Notes: generated from the sequence alone by a model not told the origin. A stretch of 64,000 bases of DNA from an uncultured bacterium (GCA_963844965.1 CAWJQC010000007.1:1-64000); one strand, 5' to 3'. Shown: positions 48,130 through 58,550, counted from the stretch's first letter. A program made the numbers and translations.

Positions 48130-48581
48130 TATCGCACCGGCAGAAACCAGTGGGAACAGGCAAATAAGCCCTCCGCCCCTCGCTTCGCTCGGGGCTACGG
48201 GGTCGCCTTATCCTCGGCCTAAAGGCCGGGGCTTGCGGCGGAGCGGGTCAAATGAGAAACCTCCCACATGCCTCTTTTTTGCCCCAAATGCCCCAAATGA
48301 TCACCGACCGCGGTGCTTCAGGAGCTGGCAAAGCATCTCAAAATGCTTTATATTTCCGTCATAGCCCCGCGACCAGGGTGCTTCGGAAAGGAGTGGAAGG
48401 GTAATCATCAAAATCCCTCAATAACCTTGTGAAACCTCGCTAGGAATACACCCTTAAAAGTTCGACACCGCACGGGGGGCAGGCAGGCCTCCAAGGCGCA
48501 CACCATCGTGGCTCTTGCTTCTGGCTCTGCGGGGGTTTAAGCTATTCGTAGTCCTATTTTTATTTTTACACGGAGACATGA

Positions 48582-49235
48582 TTGCTGAAAGATCCAAGGA
48601 TTCTGAGGCCGGCTCCTCCGAGCGTTTTGATTTGGGACATTGGCGGAGTGCTTATAAGGTATAGAAATCTTTGGGAAGATGGTGAGTTTGTGGGCAACTG
48701 TGCCTGCGGAGTTGCCGAGATAGAGAGGTTCTTTACCAGCTACCCATTTTTTCTCTGCGAGGAGAGTAAAATAAGCGACGCGGAATTATTCGGATTGGTC
48801 AAAGAACAACTTGGGTACAAGTTCGATCTTGGAAAGTTCGCTGTTGATTTCTGCGAATGCTGCCGTTTTGAGTTGGACAGGGAAGTATTCAAACTTTTCT
48901 TGTATATAAAGGTGAAATATGCCGACGTGACGACGCTGTGGGCGCTGAGTAACGTGAATAAAATCCATTATGATTACTTTCGGAAGCTATATCCCGGGCT
49001 CTATGCTAATTTTTCCGAACTTTTTCTGTCTTTCGAAATGGGAGCGAGAAAGCCAGATTTGGCAATCTATGAGAGAATGTGCGGGATGGGCGGAGTTAGT
49101 TATTCCGACTGCCTGCTTATTGATGATAACCCGGAAAACGGCGTTGCGCCGAAGCAACTCGGCATGGGGTTCGTACATTTTGAAAATTCTAGACGGTTGA
49201 GGTTGGCGCTTGCGGTTCGCGGCATCGTGATTTAA
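48582..49235 (+). CDS. HAD-superfamily hydrolase
   Basis: Motif I WDIGGVL and motif IV LIDDNPENG. Confidence 0.55.
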   Translation: MLKDPRILRPAPPSVLIWDIGGVLIRYRNLWEDGEFVGNCACGVAEIERFFTSYPFFLCEESKISDAELFGLVKEQLGYKFDLGKFAVDFCECCRFELDREVFKLFLYIKVKYADVTTLWALSNVNKIHYDYFRKLYPGLYANFSELFLSFEMGARKPDLAIYERMCGMGGVSYSDCLLIDDNPENGVAPKQLGMGFVHFENSRRLRLALAVRGIVI

Positions 49236-49554
49236 TCCCCCCCAGTCGTTCTTCGGCGGGGGATTTTGATTTTTATCATTGCTTTGGTATTATTTGATTT
49301 GTGCGGAACGCCGATTCTGCCTTCGTTCTGAATTTTTGGGTGTGTAGTTCAGTGGCACCCCGTAGCAAAATTTGGGCACATAGTTCAGCTTGCCCCGCCA
49401 AATTTTACCAGTTAGTAAAATTTGGCGGGGTGAAGTAGAACGTCCCGATATTTGCAAAATTTTCAATTTTGCTAAAATATCGAGGATCCGCGATTTTGCT
49501 TTTCTGTCGCACCGAAAGCAAAATCGGGACTGTCCTGACCCCGCACCAAATTAT

Positions 49555-49626
49555 GCGCGTGTAGCTCAGTGGTAGAGCACAGTCCTGATAAGACTGGGGT
49601 CGATGGTTCAATTCCATCCACGCGCA
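49555..49626 (+). tRNA. tRNA-Ile (anticodon GAT)
   Basis: GCGCGTGTAGCTCAGTGGTAGAGCA CAGTC CTGATAA GACTG ..GGTTCAATTCCATCCACGCGCA. Confidence 0.85.
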
Positions 49627-49649
49627 CATCATAATTGGTGCGGGGCAAG

Positions 49650-49717
49650 TAAGACAGACCTGCCTGCCGGCAGGCAGGGGTCGAAGGTTCGATTCCTTCT
49701 GTGCCCACCAAAAACAT
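49650..49717 (+). pseudogene. tRNA-like 3' half with a genomically encoded CCA (pseudo-tRNA fragment)
   Basis: ..GGGGTCGAAGGTTCGATTCCTTCTGTGCCCACCA has a T-arm and acceptor 3' strand. The matching acceptor 5' strand GGGCACA occurs about 340 nt upstream at 49374. No canonical anticodon arm is present. Confidence 0.3.
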
Positions 49718-49728
49718 AATTACAGCTC

Positions 49729-50472
49729 ATGTCGGAACCCGAAATTATCTATCAAGACGAGAATTTTCTGGCGGTCAACAAGCCGGCAGGCCTGCTGGTT
49801 CACAAGGCGCGAATTACCAATTACCAATTACCAATTACCAATGAGCCCACCTTGGTTGATTGGCTGCTTAAGAAATATCCTGAGATAAAAAACGTAGGCG
49901 ATGACCCCGAGACGCGACCAGGGATTGTTCATCGGCTGGATAAGGATACTTCCGGCGTGATGCTCGTGGCGAAAAACCAAAAATATTTTGAGTATCTGAA
50001 GTCGCTTTTCCAGAGACATGAAGTTAAAAAAACCTACCTGGCGGTGGTGGCGGGAGAATTGCGGCCGAGAGCGGGGGTTATAAGCAAGCCGATTGGCATT
50101 AAAAGCGGGACGACGAAACACAGCGTTCACTCCAAAAAGTTTTTAAAGGATGCGGTCACGGAGTATGGGGTCGTAAAATCGCTGAAATTGGATAGCGGTC
50201 GCGGTGAGGAGCGGGGATTTTCTCTGGTGGAAGTATGGCCCAAGACCGGCAGGACGCACCAAATCCGAGTGCATTTCGCGAGCATCGGGCACCCGGTCGT
50301 CGGCGACTTGCTCTATGGTCCCAAAAAGCAGCCAGAGTGGGCAACTCGTCTCATGCTTCACGCGCTATCTTTGGAATTTGCCGCGGCCGAAGGCAAGGTG
50401 TTGAAGATAGAGGCGGAGCCACCCGAAGAGTTCACTAAGTTTGCTGAAGTTGCGAGGTTGAAGGGCGGATAA
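49729..50472 (+). CDS. rluA: RluA-family pseudouridine synthase
   Basis: Catalytic HRLDKDTSGVML motif. Contains an (AATTACC)x4 heptamer repeat at 49813-49842. Confidence 0.85.
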   Translation: MSEPEIIYQDENFLAVNKPAGLLVHKARITNYQLPITNEPTLVDWLLKKYPEIKNVGDDPETRPGIVHRLDKDTSGVMLVAKNQKYFEYLKSLFQRHEVKKTYLAVVAGELRPRAGVISKPIGIKSGTTKHSVHSKKFLKDAVTEYGVVKSLKLDSGRGEERGFSLVEVWPKTGRTHQIRVHFASIGHPVVGDLLYGPKKQPEWATRLMLHALSLEFAAAEGKVLKIEAEPPEEFTKFAEVARLKGG

Positions 50473-50566
50473 GAGTTCTGAGCTGGGCTCTGTTTGCGAC
50501 CCGGAAAAAGAGGCGGTCTGTGCATAACTCCCGCCGCCGGATTTGATATAATTAAATTCTAAGACA

Positions 50567-52177
50567 ATGTCTGATACGCCCGGTTTCATAGGGGGAGCTA
50601 TGCGCAAGGGTCTTCTTGTTGCCCTATTGGCCTTCATTGTGCTCGCCGGTCTGACCATCTCGATCGGCTTGTATTATTATCGATTTATAAATCAGCAGCT
50701 TACTTTGAGCGTTTACAATCACCGGCTGGTTGTCGCGAGCCTGACCGCATCCGGAATCAAGTTGAAATTGGACCATCTTGAGGGGATCGCGATATCTTTC
50801 GCGGCGCAGGACGACATGCGCGCAGAAATTATTGGCGGCAGATGGGAAGACGCCATGGCTAAGGCCGAGGACCTCTCCAACAGCCCAGATTTTTATGATT
50901 ACTACATAGACAGAACCTTATTGGTGGACGCCTCGGGAGCCATAAGAGCTGCCTATCCGCTCCTTAGCGGAACCATGGGTTTGCCCAAGTCAAATTTTAA
51001 GGAGTGGAGCGTTCCCCTTGAGAACGGGCAGGCCGCGTATGTTTCCGATGTCTATGAAAGGTCCGTCTCCCCGCGGATTAATGTCGTTGACGTCGTCGCG
51101 CCGGTTGCGGCGCACTCCGTTATTTACGGCTTCGTCGTTCTGCAGGTGCCCATCAATGAATTTTCCGATTTCGGCCAGGATACCGACATCAGCTCCAACG
51201 GTTTTGCCTACATAGTTGACAGGAAGGGTCAGATTGTATATCACCCGAAATATTCTTCCGTCGGTCCCATTGTTGACTATTCGGAGGTGCCGGCTGTGCA
51301 AAAATTGCTCAGCGGCGAAACCGGAATCGGAATTTTATCCAATCCGATTGAGAGAACGGAGAGAGTGTCGGCTTACGAATTGGTGCCGACATACGGGTGG
51401 GGCGTTGTGTCCGTGGAGCCGACCGCGGACGCGTTTGAGGCGCGGAATAGCATTTTGCACCAGATTTTGCTGGCCATTTCGGTTTTATGCGCATCAGAGC
51501 TTTTCCTGGCGATTTTCATTTTTTGGCTGGTTACGAGGTCCGAGAGAAGCAAACCGAACGCGGGATACGCGAGACAATTTCCGAAGACGCCGCCGAGGGC
51601 CAGCGGAGGGTTCACGCTGATAGAACTTTTGGTCGTTATCGCCATTATCGCCGTTTTGTCCATAGTCGTCATCCTGACCCTTAATCCGACGGAACTTCTG
51701 CGCCAGGCGAGGGATTCCGACAGGATTTCGGATCTCTCCATAATAAAGAGCGCCATTTCTATTTATTTGGTAGACCTGCGCAATCCGATTATCGCTTCCT
51801 CTACGGAATACTGCTACGAATCGGTCTTGGCAGCGAACGTCACCACTACCTACAGCACTTGGTTTCCCTCAATCCCACTCGGCAATGCGACTACTTCTCC
51901 GCAAGCTACCTACAGAAATATTGACGGCACGGGCTGGATTCATGTGAACTTTACCCAAATCAGCGCCGGCACGCCCTTCGGCCAGCTTCCGATCGACCCC
52001 TTGAATAACGCACAGTATATGTATATGTATGTAGGCAGTTCCACGCAGTCCACATTCAAACTCGCTACGGATATGGAAAGTTCAAAGTACGGCAATGGCG
52101 GAGCAGCGGACGTTGAGTCAAAAGACGGCGGCACTGACCCGAATAAATACGAAGCCGGAAGCAATCTCAATTTGTAG
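50567..52177 (+). CDS. in-frame fusion: TM/Cache-like periplasmic domain/TM followed by a type IV pilin (prepilin motif GFTLIELLVVIAIIAV)
   Basis: Residues 1 to about 330 are 2 TM helices flanking a Cache-like domain. Residues from about 345 are a pilin paralogous to 52349-52954 and 53262-53888, with no intervening stop or start codon. Confidence 0.55.
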   Translation: MSDTPGFIGGAMRKGLLVALLAFIVLAGLTISIGLYYYRFINQQLTLSVYNHRLVVASLTASGIKLKLDHLEGIAISFAAQDDMRAEIIGGRWEDAMAKAEDLSNSPDFYDYYIDRTLLVDASGAIRAAYPLLSGTMGLPKSNFKEWSVPLENGQAAYVSDVYERSVSPRINVVDVVAPVAAHSVIYGFVVLQVPINEFSDFGQDTDISSNGFAYIVDRKGQIVYHPKYSSVGPIVDYSEVPAVQKLLSGETGIGILSNPIERTERVSAYELVPTYGWGVVSVEPTADAFEARNSILHQILLAISVLCASELFLAIFIFWLVTRSERSKPNAGYARQFPKTPPRASGGFTLIELLVVIAIIAVLSIVVILTLNPTELLRQARDSDRISDLSIIKSAISIYLVDLRNPIIASSTEYCYESVLAANVTTTYSTWFPSIPLGNATTSPQATYRNIDGTGWIHVNFTQISAGTPFGQLPIDPLNNAQYMYMYVGSSTQSTFKLATDMESSKYGNGGAADVESKDGGTDPNKYEAGSNLNL

Positions 52178-52348
52178 ATATATTTGCAAATGTGTCTTCG
52201 CGCGCTACTTCCCGCACCTCCTCAGGACGGGTTTTCGGTTATCCACAGAGGCGGTTATGAAGACGTGAGCGGTTTGTTACAATTAAGATTGTTGGTATTA
52301 GCAAAACGAAAAAGGTCGATTTGACGCGATGTTTAGTGTGAAATAAAC

Positions 52349-52954
52349 ATGTCAAAGAAAACCAATAAAGGTTTTACGCTCGTTGAGCTTCTGGTTGTTA
52401 TCGCCATTATCGCCGTAATGTCCATAGTCGTCATTTTGACCCTTAACCCGGCGGAACTTCTGCGCCAGTCAAGGGATTCCAACAGAATTTCGGATATGGC
52501 GACGCTTAAGAGCGCGATGTCGCTCTACCTCGCGGATGTGAACGCGCCGTACCTCGGGACAAGTACCTGGTGTTATCAGGATGTAAGCGCGGCAAACGCC
52601 GCTACCGCGGGCACGAGCTCGAATTCCTGCAATGCTACGTTCGGTAATAATCCCGCCACAAATGCCGTGAGCAATGTGGCTTCTCCGAGGAATGTGGACG
52701 GCACGGGCTGGATTCCGGTTAATTTCTCCAAAATCAGCTCCGGCGCTCCGTTCGGCCAGCTTCCGATTGACCCCCTGGACAATGATGCGTTGCACCTGTA
52801 TCTCTACAAGACATCGAGCACGCTTCTCACTTTCCACATTGCAGTAAAGATGGAAAGCGCGAAGTACAGCTATCCTTCAGCCACCAATATTGAGGGTACC
52901 GATGGCGGCACCTCGCTTACCGAGTATGAAGTTGGAAATAATTTGAGCTTGTAA
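52349..52954 (+). CDS. type IV pilin
   Basis: Class III signal MSKKTNKG|FTLVELLVVIAIIAV. Conserved upstream motif GGTCGATTTGACGCGAT. Confidence 0.85.
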   Translation: MSKKTNKGFTLVELLVVIAIIAVMSIVVILTLNPAELLRQSRDSNRISDMATLKSAMSLYLADVNAPYLGTSTWCYQDVSAANAATAGTSSNSCNATFGNNPATNAVSNVASPRNVDGTGWIPVNFSKISSGAPFGQLPIDPLDNDALHLYLYKTSSTLLTFHIAVKMESAKYSYPSATNIEGTDGGTSLTEYEVGNNLSL

Positions 52955-53261
52955 CGTCTGCGGACGGCAAGCCAGTCCGATTCTTGGCTTAAGAACGTGA
53001 GCGCTCCGACCAAAGTCGGAGCGCTCACGTTTCTGCGTTGCCAGAACATCGTTCCGACCGCGGAAATATGCGGCGGCTCGGTTTCTGAGGCCGGCTCCAT
53101 CTTTGCTTTCGTTGATTTGCGCGAGCGGTATGGCCATAAATTGGGCTTTTGGGTTATCCACAGAGCATTCTGCGGATAAGGGGGAGATTTGCTATAATGT
53201 ATTTGTTGGTATTAACCAAACAAGAAAGGTCGATTTGACGCGATATTCACACAAAACGAAT

Positions 53262-53888
53262 ATGTCAAAGAAAACCAGCAAAGGTTTTACACTTATTGAA
53301 CTTTTGGTCGTTATTGCCATTATCGCCGTCTTGTCCATAGTCGTCATCTTGACCCTTAACCCCGCGGAACTCCTGCGTCAGGCGAGGGATTCCAACAGAA
53401 TTTCGGATATGTCCGTGGCGAAGAGCGCGATTTCGCTCTACCTCGCGGACGTGAGCTCGAATATCTCTATCGGGAGCACAACACCGTTCGTATACTGCTA
53501 TGAGGATGTTTCTGCGGCAAATGCGACCACTAATGGCACTACTTCGGCGAGTTGCAAAAGTGGTGTGGCAGGCGCAGAAACGTTTGCGAGCGACATAAGC
53601 TCCTCTAGCAACGCGGTTACTCCCAGAAACGTTGACGGCACGGGCTGGATTCCGGTTAACTTCACTAAAATCAGCTCCGGCGCGCCAATCGGTCAGCTTC
53701 CGGTTGACCCGTTAGATAATGACGGCATGCACATGTACCTCTACAGAACGAGTTCAACCCTCGTTTTCAAGATGGCGACAAAGATGGAAAGCTCTAAGTA
53801 CAGCAAGGGCGGCGCAGGTGACGTTGAGTCAACCGATGGCGGCACTAATACTGGCATGTATGAATCGGGAACCAATTTGAGTTTGTAG
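53262..53888 (+). CDS. type IV pilin
   Basis: MSKKTSKG|FTLIELLVVIAIIAV. Same upstream motif as the 52349 pilin. The ORF-track start at 53103 is probably an upstream extension. Confidence 0.85.
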   Translation: MSKKTSKGFTLIELLVVIAIIAVLSIVVILTLNPAELLRQARDSNRISDMSVAKSAISLYLADVSSNISIGSTTPFVYCYEDVSAANATTNGTTSASCKSGVAGAETFASDISSSSNAVTPRNVDGTGWIPVNFTKISSGAPIGQLPVDPLDNDGMHMYLYRTSSTLVFKMATKMESSKYSKGGAGDVESTDGGTNTGMYESGTNLSL

Positions 53889-54127
53889 TATGTAGGCGTG
53901 TGAAAGTTTGTCCCGGCGGTTTGTCCCACAAGGGGAGCGCTCCGACTTTGGTCGGAGCGCTCCTTTGTGTTTTTGGCCGTGAAGCCGTATTTTGTTATGA
54001 TTAAGGAGTAATCGCCGATGATGCGAATCCTGGCCCATTTTCACCAAACCTCCAGCGAGGTAAACAGATAATACCGACGAGGATTCGCATTATTGAATGA
54101 AAATTCGCGTTATTAGCGAACACTCTT

Positions 54128-55843
54128 ATGAGGACGCCCTTGCCGCCGCTACAACTTAAAAAGGCGCTTATGGCCGATAACCTGATCACGGCCGAGAGAT
54201 TTGACGAACTTCTCGGGGAAGCCGAGAGGAAAGACCAGAACATACTTGATGTTCTTGTTTCCGAGAAGATCGCGAGCTACGGGTTTTTGGGCGATATGGT
54301 GGCGAAGATCTTGGGAGTTGAACGTGTGGATTTCGCGGCGAAATCCACTGACAGGCAAACCGTGCAGATGCTTCCGGAAGACGTCGCGCGGCAGCGGCAG
54401 GTGATAGTCTTTGACCGCGAGCCGAACGGGACACTGGACGTAGCCATGACAGATCCTTCCGACCTGGAAACCATAGAATTTCTGACCCAGCGCTTTAAGG
54501 TGGAAATCAGGCCGTTTCTCGCCACGGCGGACGATTTGAACCGCGGCTTCGCGGTGTACGGCTATGAACTCGGCCAGGATTTCAAAAAATTGATTGAGGA
54601 AAATATCAAGGCCTCGCTTACGAGCCGCGCCGGAACAATAGAGGAAGCGGCGTCTCAATTGCCGATTGTCGGCATCGTGGACAACATCTTGTCCTACGCG
54701 ATGGCTTCCAGGGCGTCGGATATCCACATTGAAATATTTGAAGAGGCGACCCTCATCCGCTACAGGATTGACGGGATTTTATACGAGATCATGAGCATCG
54801 CCAAGGCGGTGCATCCGGCCATTGTCGCGAGAATTAAACTCCTCTCCGGCCTCAAAATTGACGAGCACGTGAAACCGCAGGACGGCCGTTTCCGCCACCA
54901 GATTGTCGGCGATATCATTGACGTCAGGGTTTCGGTGATGCCGACCTACTTCGGAGAGAAGGTGGAAATGAGATTATTGGAAGCCGCGCAGAAGCCGCTT
55001 TCGTTGGAAGAACTGGGGATCGAGCGGGAAACCGCGAAGATCATTTCTGACAATCTCGGCAACACTTTCGGAATGATACTTTCGTGCGGGCCGACCGGTT
55101 CGGGAAAAACGACCACGCTGTACGCTGTGATGAACATAATCAACAAGCCGCAGATTAACGTCGTGACGATTGAAGATCCGATTGAATATAACATGCGCTA
55201 TGTGAATCAGACGCAGATCAATCCGCAGGCGGGAATAACTTTTGCCTCCGGTCTCAGAGCGATACTCCGCCAGGACCCGAACGTTATCATGGTCGGCGAG
55301 ATCAGGGATTCGGAAACCGCGGAAATAGCCGTGCAAGCCGCGATCACAGGCCACCTTTTGTTGTCGTCTTTGCACACCAACGACGCGCTTACTGCCATCC
55401 CGCGCCTCTTTGACCTGAAGGTGCAGCCGTTTCTTGTATCTTCCGTCCTGAATTTGATAATTGCCCAGCGGCTGGTTAGAAGAATTTGCCAAAGTTGCGT
55501 GTGCTCCTATGACGCCGGTCCGGAGGTGGGTCGGATTATCGCCGAGCAGTTCAAAGAGTCCGGCATCTCCAAAGAGGTCATAAGAGTTCCCAAAACGTTG
55601 TATAGGGGCAAAGGTTGTGCCGCTTGCGGCATGACAGGATACAAGGGACGGCTGGGAATTTTTGAGATATTCGCCGTTGATGATAAAATTAGGAAGATTA
55701 TGAATGATTCAGACTTTGACTTTGACAAGCTCCGCGCGGCGGCGCGCGAGCGCGGCATGAGAACGATTTTTGAGGACGGTCTCGACAAAGCGGAATTGGC
55801 CATTACGACCCTGGAAGAGGTGTTGAGGGTGGTGCAGGAATAG
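54128..55843 (+). CDS. pilB: type IV pilus assembly ATPase PilB (GspE family)
   Basis: N-terminal T2SSE_N domain, Walker A GPTGSGKTTTLYA and a CxxC...CxxC tetracysteine. Confidence 0.9.
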   Translation: MRTPLPPLQLKKALMADNLITAERFDELLGEAERKDQNILDVLVSEKIASYGFLGDMVAKILGVERVDFAAKSTDRQTVQMLPEDVARQRQVIVFDREPNGTLDVAMTDPSDLETIEFLTQRFKVEIRPFLATADDLNRGFAVYGYELGQDFKKLIEENIKASLTSRAGTIEEAASQLPIVGIVDNILSYAMASRASDIHIEIFEEATLIRYRIDGILYEIMSIAKAVHPAIVARIKLLSGLKIDEHVKPQDGRFRHQIVGDIIDVRVSVMPTYFGEKVEMRLLEAAQKPLSLEELGIERETAKIISDNLGNTFGMILSCGPTGSGKTTTLYAVMNIINKPQINVVTIEDPIEYNMRYVNQTQINPQAGITFASGLRAILRQDPNVIMVGEIRDSETAEIAVQAAITGHLLLSSLHTNDALTAIPRLFDLKVQPFLVSSVLNLIIAQRLVRRICQSCVCSYDAGPEVGRIIAEQFKESGISKEVIRVPKTLYRGKGCAACGMTGYKGRLGIFEIFAVDDKIRKIMNDSDFDFDKLRAAARERGMRTIFEDGLDKAELAITTLEEVLRVVQE

Positions 55844-55980
55844 TTCCGGTAATTTCTAAATCCTAATATCTAATTTCTAAATAAATCCCAATTTTACAAT
55901 GGACAATATCAAAACTTTTTGAATTTTGGATTTGGAACGTTGAACATTGTTTAGAAATTAGATATTAGAAATTTTAAAAC

Positions 55981-57190
55981 ATGCTCTATCGTTACGTCGC
56001 GGCGGATAAGGGGGGCAGGGTTCACGAGTCGCAATTGGATGCCGACAACTTGAATCAGGTTCTCCAGTACTTGGCCGGGCACGAACTCCAACCAATCTCG
56101 GTTAAGCCCCTCGGAGAAGCGCATGCGACCGCGTGGCACTTTTTTGGCAAGAAGATTTCCACGACGGACAAGGTTTTTTTAACTAAATACTTGGCCCTGA
56201 TGCTGCGGGTGGGGACCGATTTGCTGTCGGCCATTAATATTCTGATCCAGGACTTTGATAAGCCGGCGGTGAGAAATTTTCTTCTGGAAGTAAGGGATAA
56301 TCTGACCCGCGGCCGCCAGTTTTACACCGCGTTTGAGGCGCACGAAGACGTTTTTTCCCCGGCTCTCGTCAATATGATAAGGGCGGCGGAGGCTTCCGGG
56401 AATCTCCAGCAGACCATGGAGGATTTGAGCGTCAGTTTGGGTCGTGACGCCGAGCTCGGTGGGCGTATAAAGTCGGCGCTTATCTATCCGATAATCCTGC
56501 TTTCACTTTCTTCCGTGATCATAGTTTTTTATGGTGACCTACGCGCTGCCCAAGGTTGCCAAGGTTTTCACGGATAGTGGCATAAAACCGCCGATTTTTT
56601 CGCGAATTGTGTTTACGGTCGGCCTCTTTGTGGGAGATCATATAATTGTGATTTGCATTTTGCTTGTAGGCACGATAGTGGGCGTCATTTACGCTTATCT
56701 CAAAACCGTTATCGGGAGGCGCGTGATTAATCGCGTGCTTTTCGGTTTGCCCCTCATTAAGAAGATTTACAGCGAACTCGCGATTCAGCGGCTTGCCTCC
56801 ACGATGGGTTCGCTTATGAAGGCCGGCCTGCCGATTACAGAAAGCATTAAAGTCGCCGCAAGGACTGTCGGCCTTGACGAATACCGCTTTCAGCTGGAGC
56901 GCGTTGCCGATGGAATCACCAAGGGGCTTACACTTGGGGAGGCGTTCAAACGCGAGGTTGTTTTTCCCAAGACGGTGGTCAATTTGATTGCCATATCGGA
57001 GAAAGCCGGTCACCTTGAAGAAGTTTTGGCGACGCTCGCGGATTTTTACGCGTCTAGCGTTGATAACGGGATAAAGGCCATTGTGTCCCTGCTCGAGCCG
57101 GTTCTCTTGCTGACCATGGCCCTGTTTGTGGGAATATTAGCGGTTGCGATTATCGTGCCGATTTATCAGCTGACAAGCAACATCAGTTAA
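55981..57190 (+). CDS. pilC: type IV pilus platform protein PilC (GspF family), split by a T6 homopolymer frameshift at about 56530
   Basis: Two GspF repeats, ORFs 55981-56577 and 56531-57190. Removing one T restores ..IIVFMVTYALPKVAKVF. Confidence 0.8.
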
Positions 57191-57354
57191 TTTGAAACGA
57201 AATTCACTTCAAATATCCGGATAAGACATGTATTTTGACGCGCTTAGGCCGAAAACATCACAGAGAAAGTTTGTTCCCGCATCGGGGCGGGGATTCACCC
57301 CCACGCCAGAAACGGGAAGTTTTGGGTATCCAATGTCCGCGGCCCGTCTCCCGT

Positions 57355-57819
57355 TCGGTGCGGGGGTTCACGATGATAGAGGCAATCGTTTGCATCGGTA
57401 TATTGGCAGTTATCGGGACGGCTACTATTCTTTCGCTTTTATCCAGGCGTAGCCAGACCGATCTCACCACTACGGCTCAGAAAATCGCGGCGCTGCTCCG
57501 TGAGGCGCAGAGTCGTTCGGCCGCCGTGGAAGGAGGCGTGGCTTGGGGCGTGTATTTCGCGAATCCGACGACCACGCAGCCGTTCTACGCCATCTTCAGC
57601 AATGTTTATGGGACGTCCACCGTGAAGGGTTTGTACCTGCTGCCCAATACGGTAAGTTTTTCCGCAGCAACGGTCACGTCCGGTTCTTCGACGCAAATTA
57701 TTTTCGGAAACGTTTCGGGCCTTCCCGCCGCTTCATTCAGTGTCGGCATATTTGTCACGTCTAATCCAAATCAGTCGTCAACCATAAGTGTCGCTACCTC
57801 GGGGTTGGTGAATTATTGA
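57355..57819 (+). CDS. minor pilin/pseudopilin (GTG start, MRG|FTMIEAIV)
   Basis: Prepilin cleavage motif and N-terminal hydrophobic helix. The ATG-initiated ORF at 57235 would give an implausible 45-aa leader. Confidence 0.6.
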   Translation, partial: SVRGFTMIEAIVCIGILAVIGTATILSLLSRRSQTDLTTTAQKIAALLREAQSRSAAVEGGVAWGVYFANPTTTQPFYAIFSNVYGTSTVKGLYLLPNTVSFSAATVTSGSSTQIIFGNVSGLPAASFSVGIFVTSNPNQSSTISVATSGLVNY

Positions 57820-57893
57820 AGGCGCGAAAGTCACAATCTCAGCAGGAGAACGCGGCTCCGATTTTTGGACCGACTTGATGTTATAATAAAAGC

Positions 57894-58550
57894 GTGGGGA
57901 ATTTTCTGCTTTCCATTTTCCGCCCTCTGCTATTTGCGAAGCGGGGGCAGTCATTGATTGAGATTCTGGTTGCCGCCTCTGTCGGCGCTGTTTTGATCAT
58001 GGCAGCCGCTTCTCTGATTGCTCCGGCATTGAGAATTAATACCGAAACAATTCAGGAACAGACGGCTGCCGCGCTGGCCAAGGGGCTTTTGGACAATGTG
58101 AGCGTTTGGGCGGACGGCAACTGGCACAATATTGCCAACCTTTCCACAAGTTCCGCGTATCATTATTATCTGAACGCTTCGGGCTCGCCATTTTCGTCTT
58201 CCGCCGGTGATGACAGCATCGTGGTGGCTACAACGACATATAAAAGGTTTTTTTATGTTGACGATGTTTGCCGCGACGGCGGCGGGAATATCGCCTCACC
58301 GCCATGCAGCGGCCCGCCCTATTACGATCCTTCCACGAAGAAGATCACCGTCGGCTACAGCTGGCCGAATGCCACGACGGCCACCATATCGGCCTATCTC
58401 ACGAGGAACTCCGATATGGTCTTTATGCAAACCGATTGGTCCGGCGGGCCTAACCAGGCGGGGCCGATTACAAACGCCAACTCACAGTTCGCTTCTTCAA
58501 CCCCGAATATTAATTATGCCTCGAGTGGGGCCATATATTTAAATCTGTAG
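57894..58550 (+). CDS. minor pilin (prepilin-type N-terminus KRG|QSLIEILVAA)
   Basis: Class III signal-like N-terminus. 218 aa. Confidence 0.6.
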   Translation: MGNFLLSIFRPLLFAKRGQSLIEILVAASVGAVLIMAAASLIAPALRINTETIQEQTAAALAKGLLDNVSVWADGNWHNIANLSTSSAYHYYLNASGSPFSSSAGDDSIVVATTTYKRFFYVDDVCRDGGGNIASPPCSGPPYYDPSTKKITVGYSWPNATTATISAYLTRNSDMVFMQTDWSGGPNQAGPITNANSQFASSTPNINYASSGAIYLNL

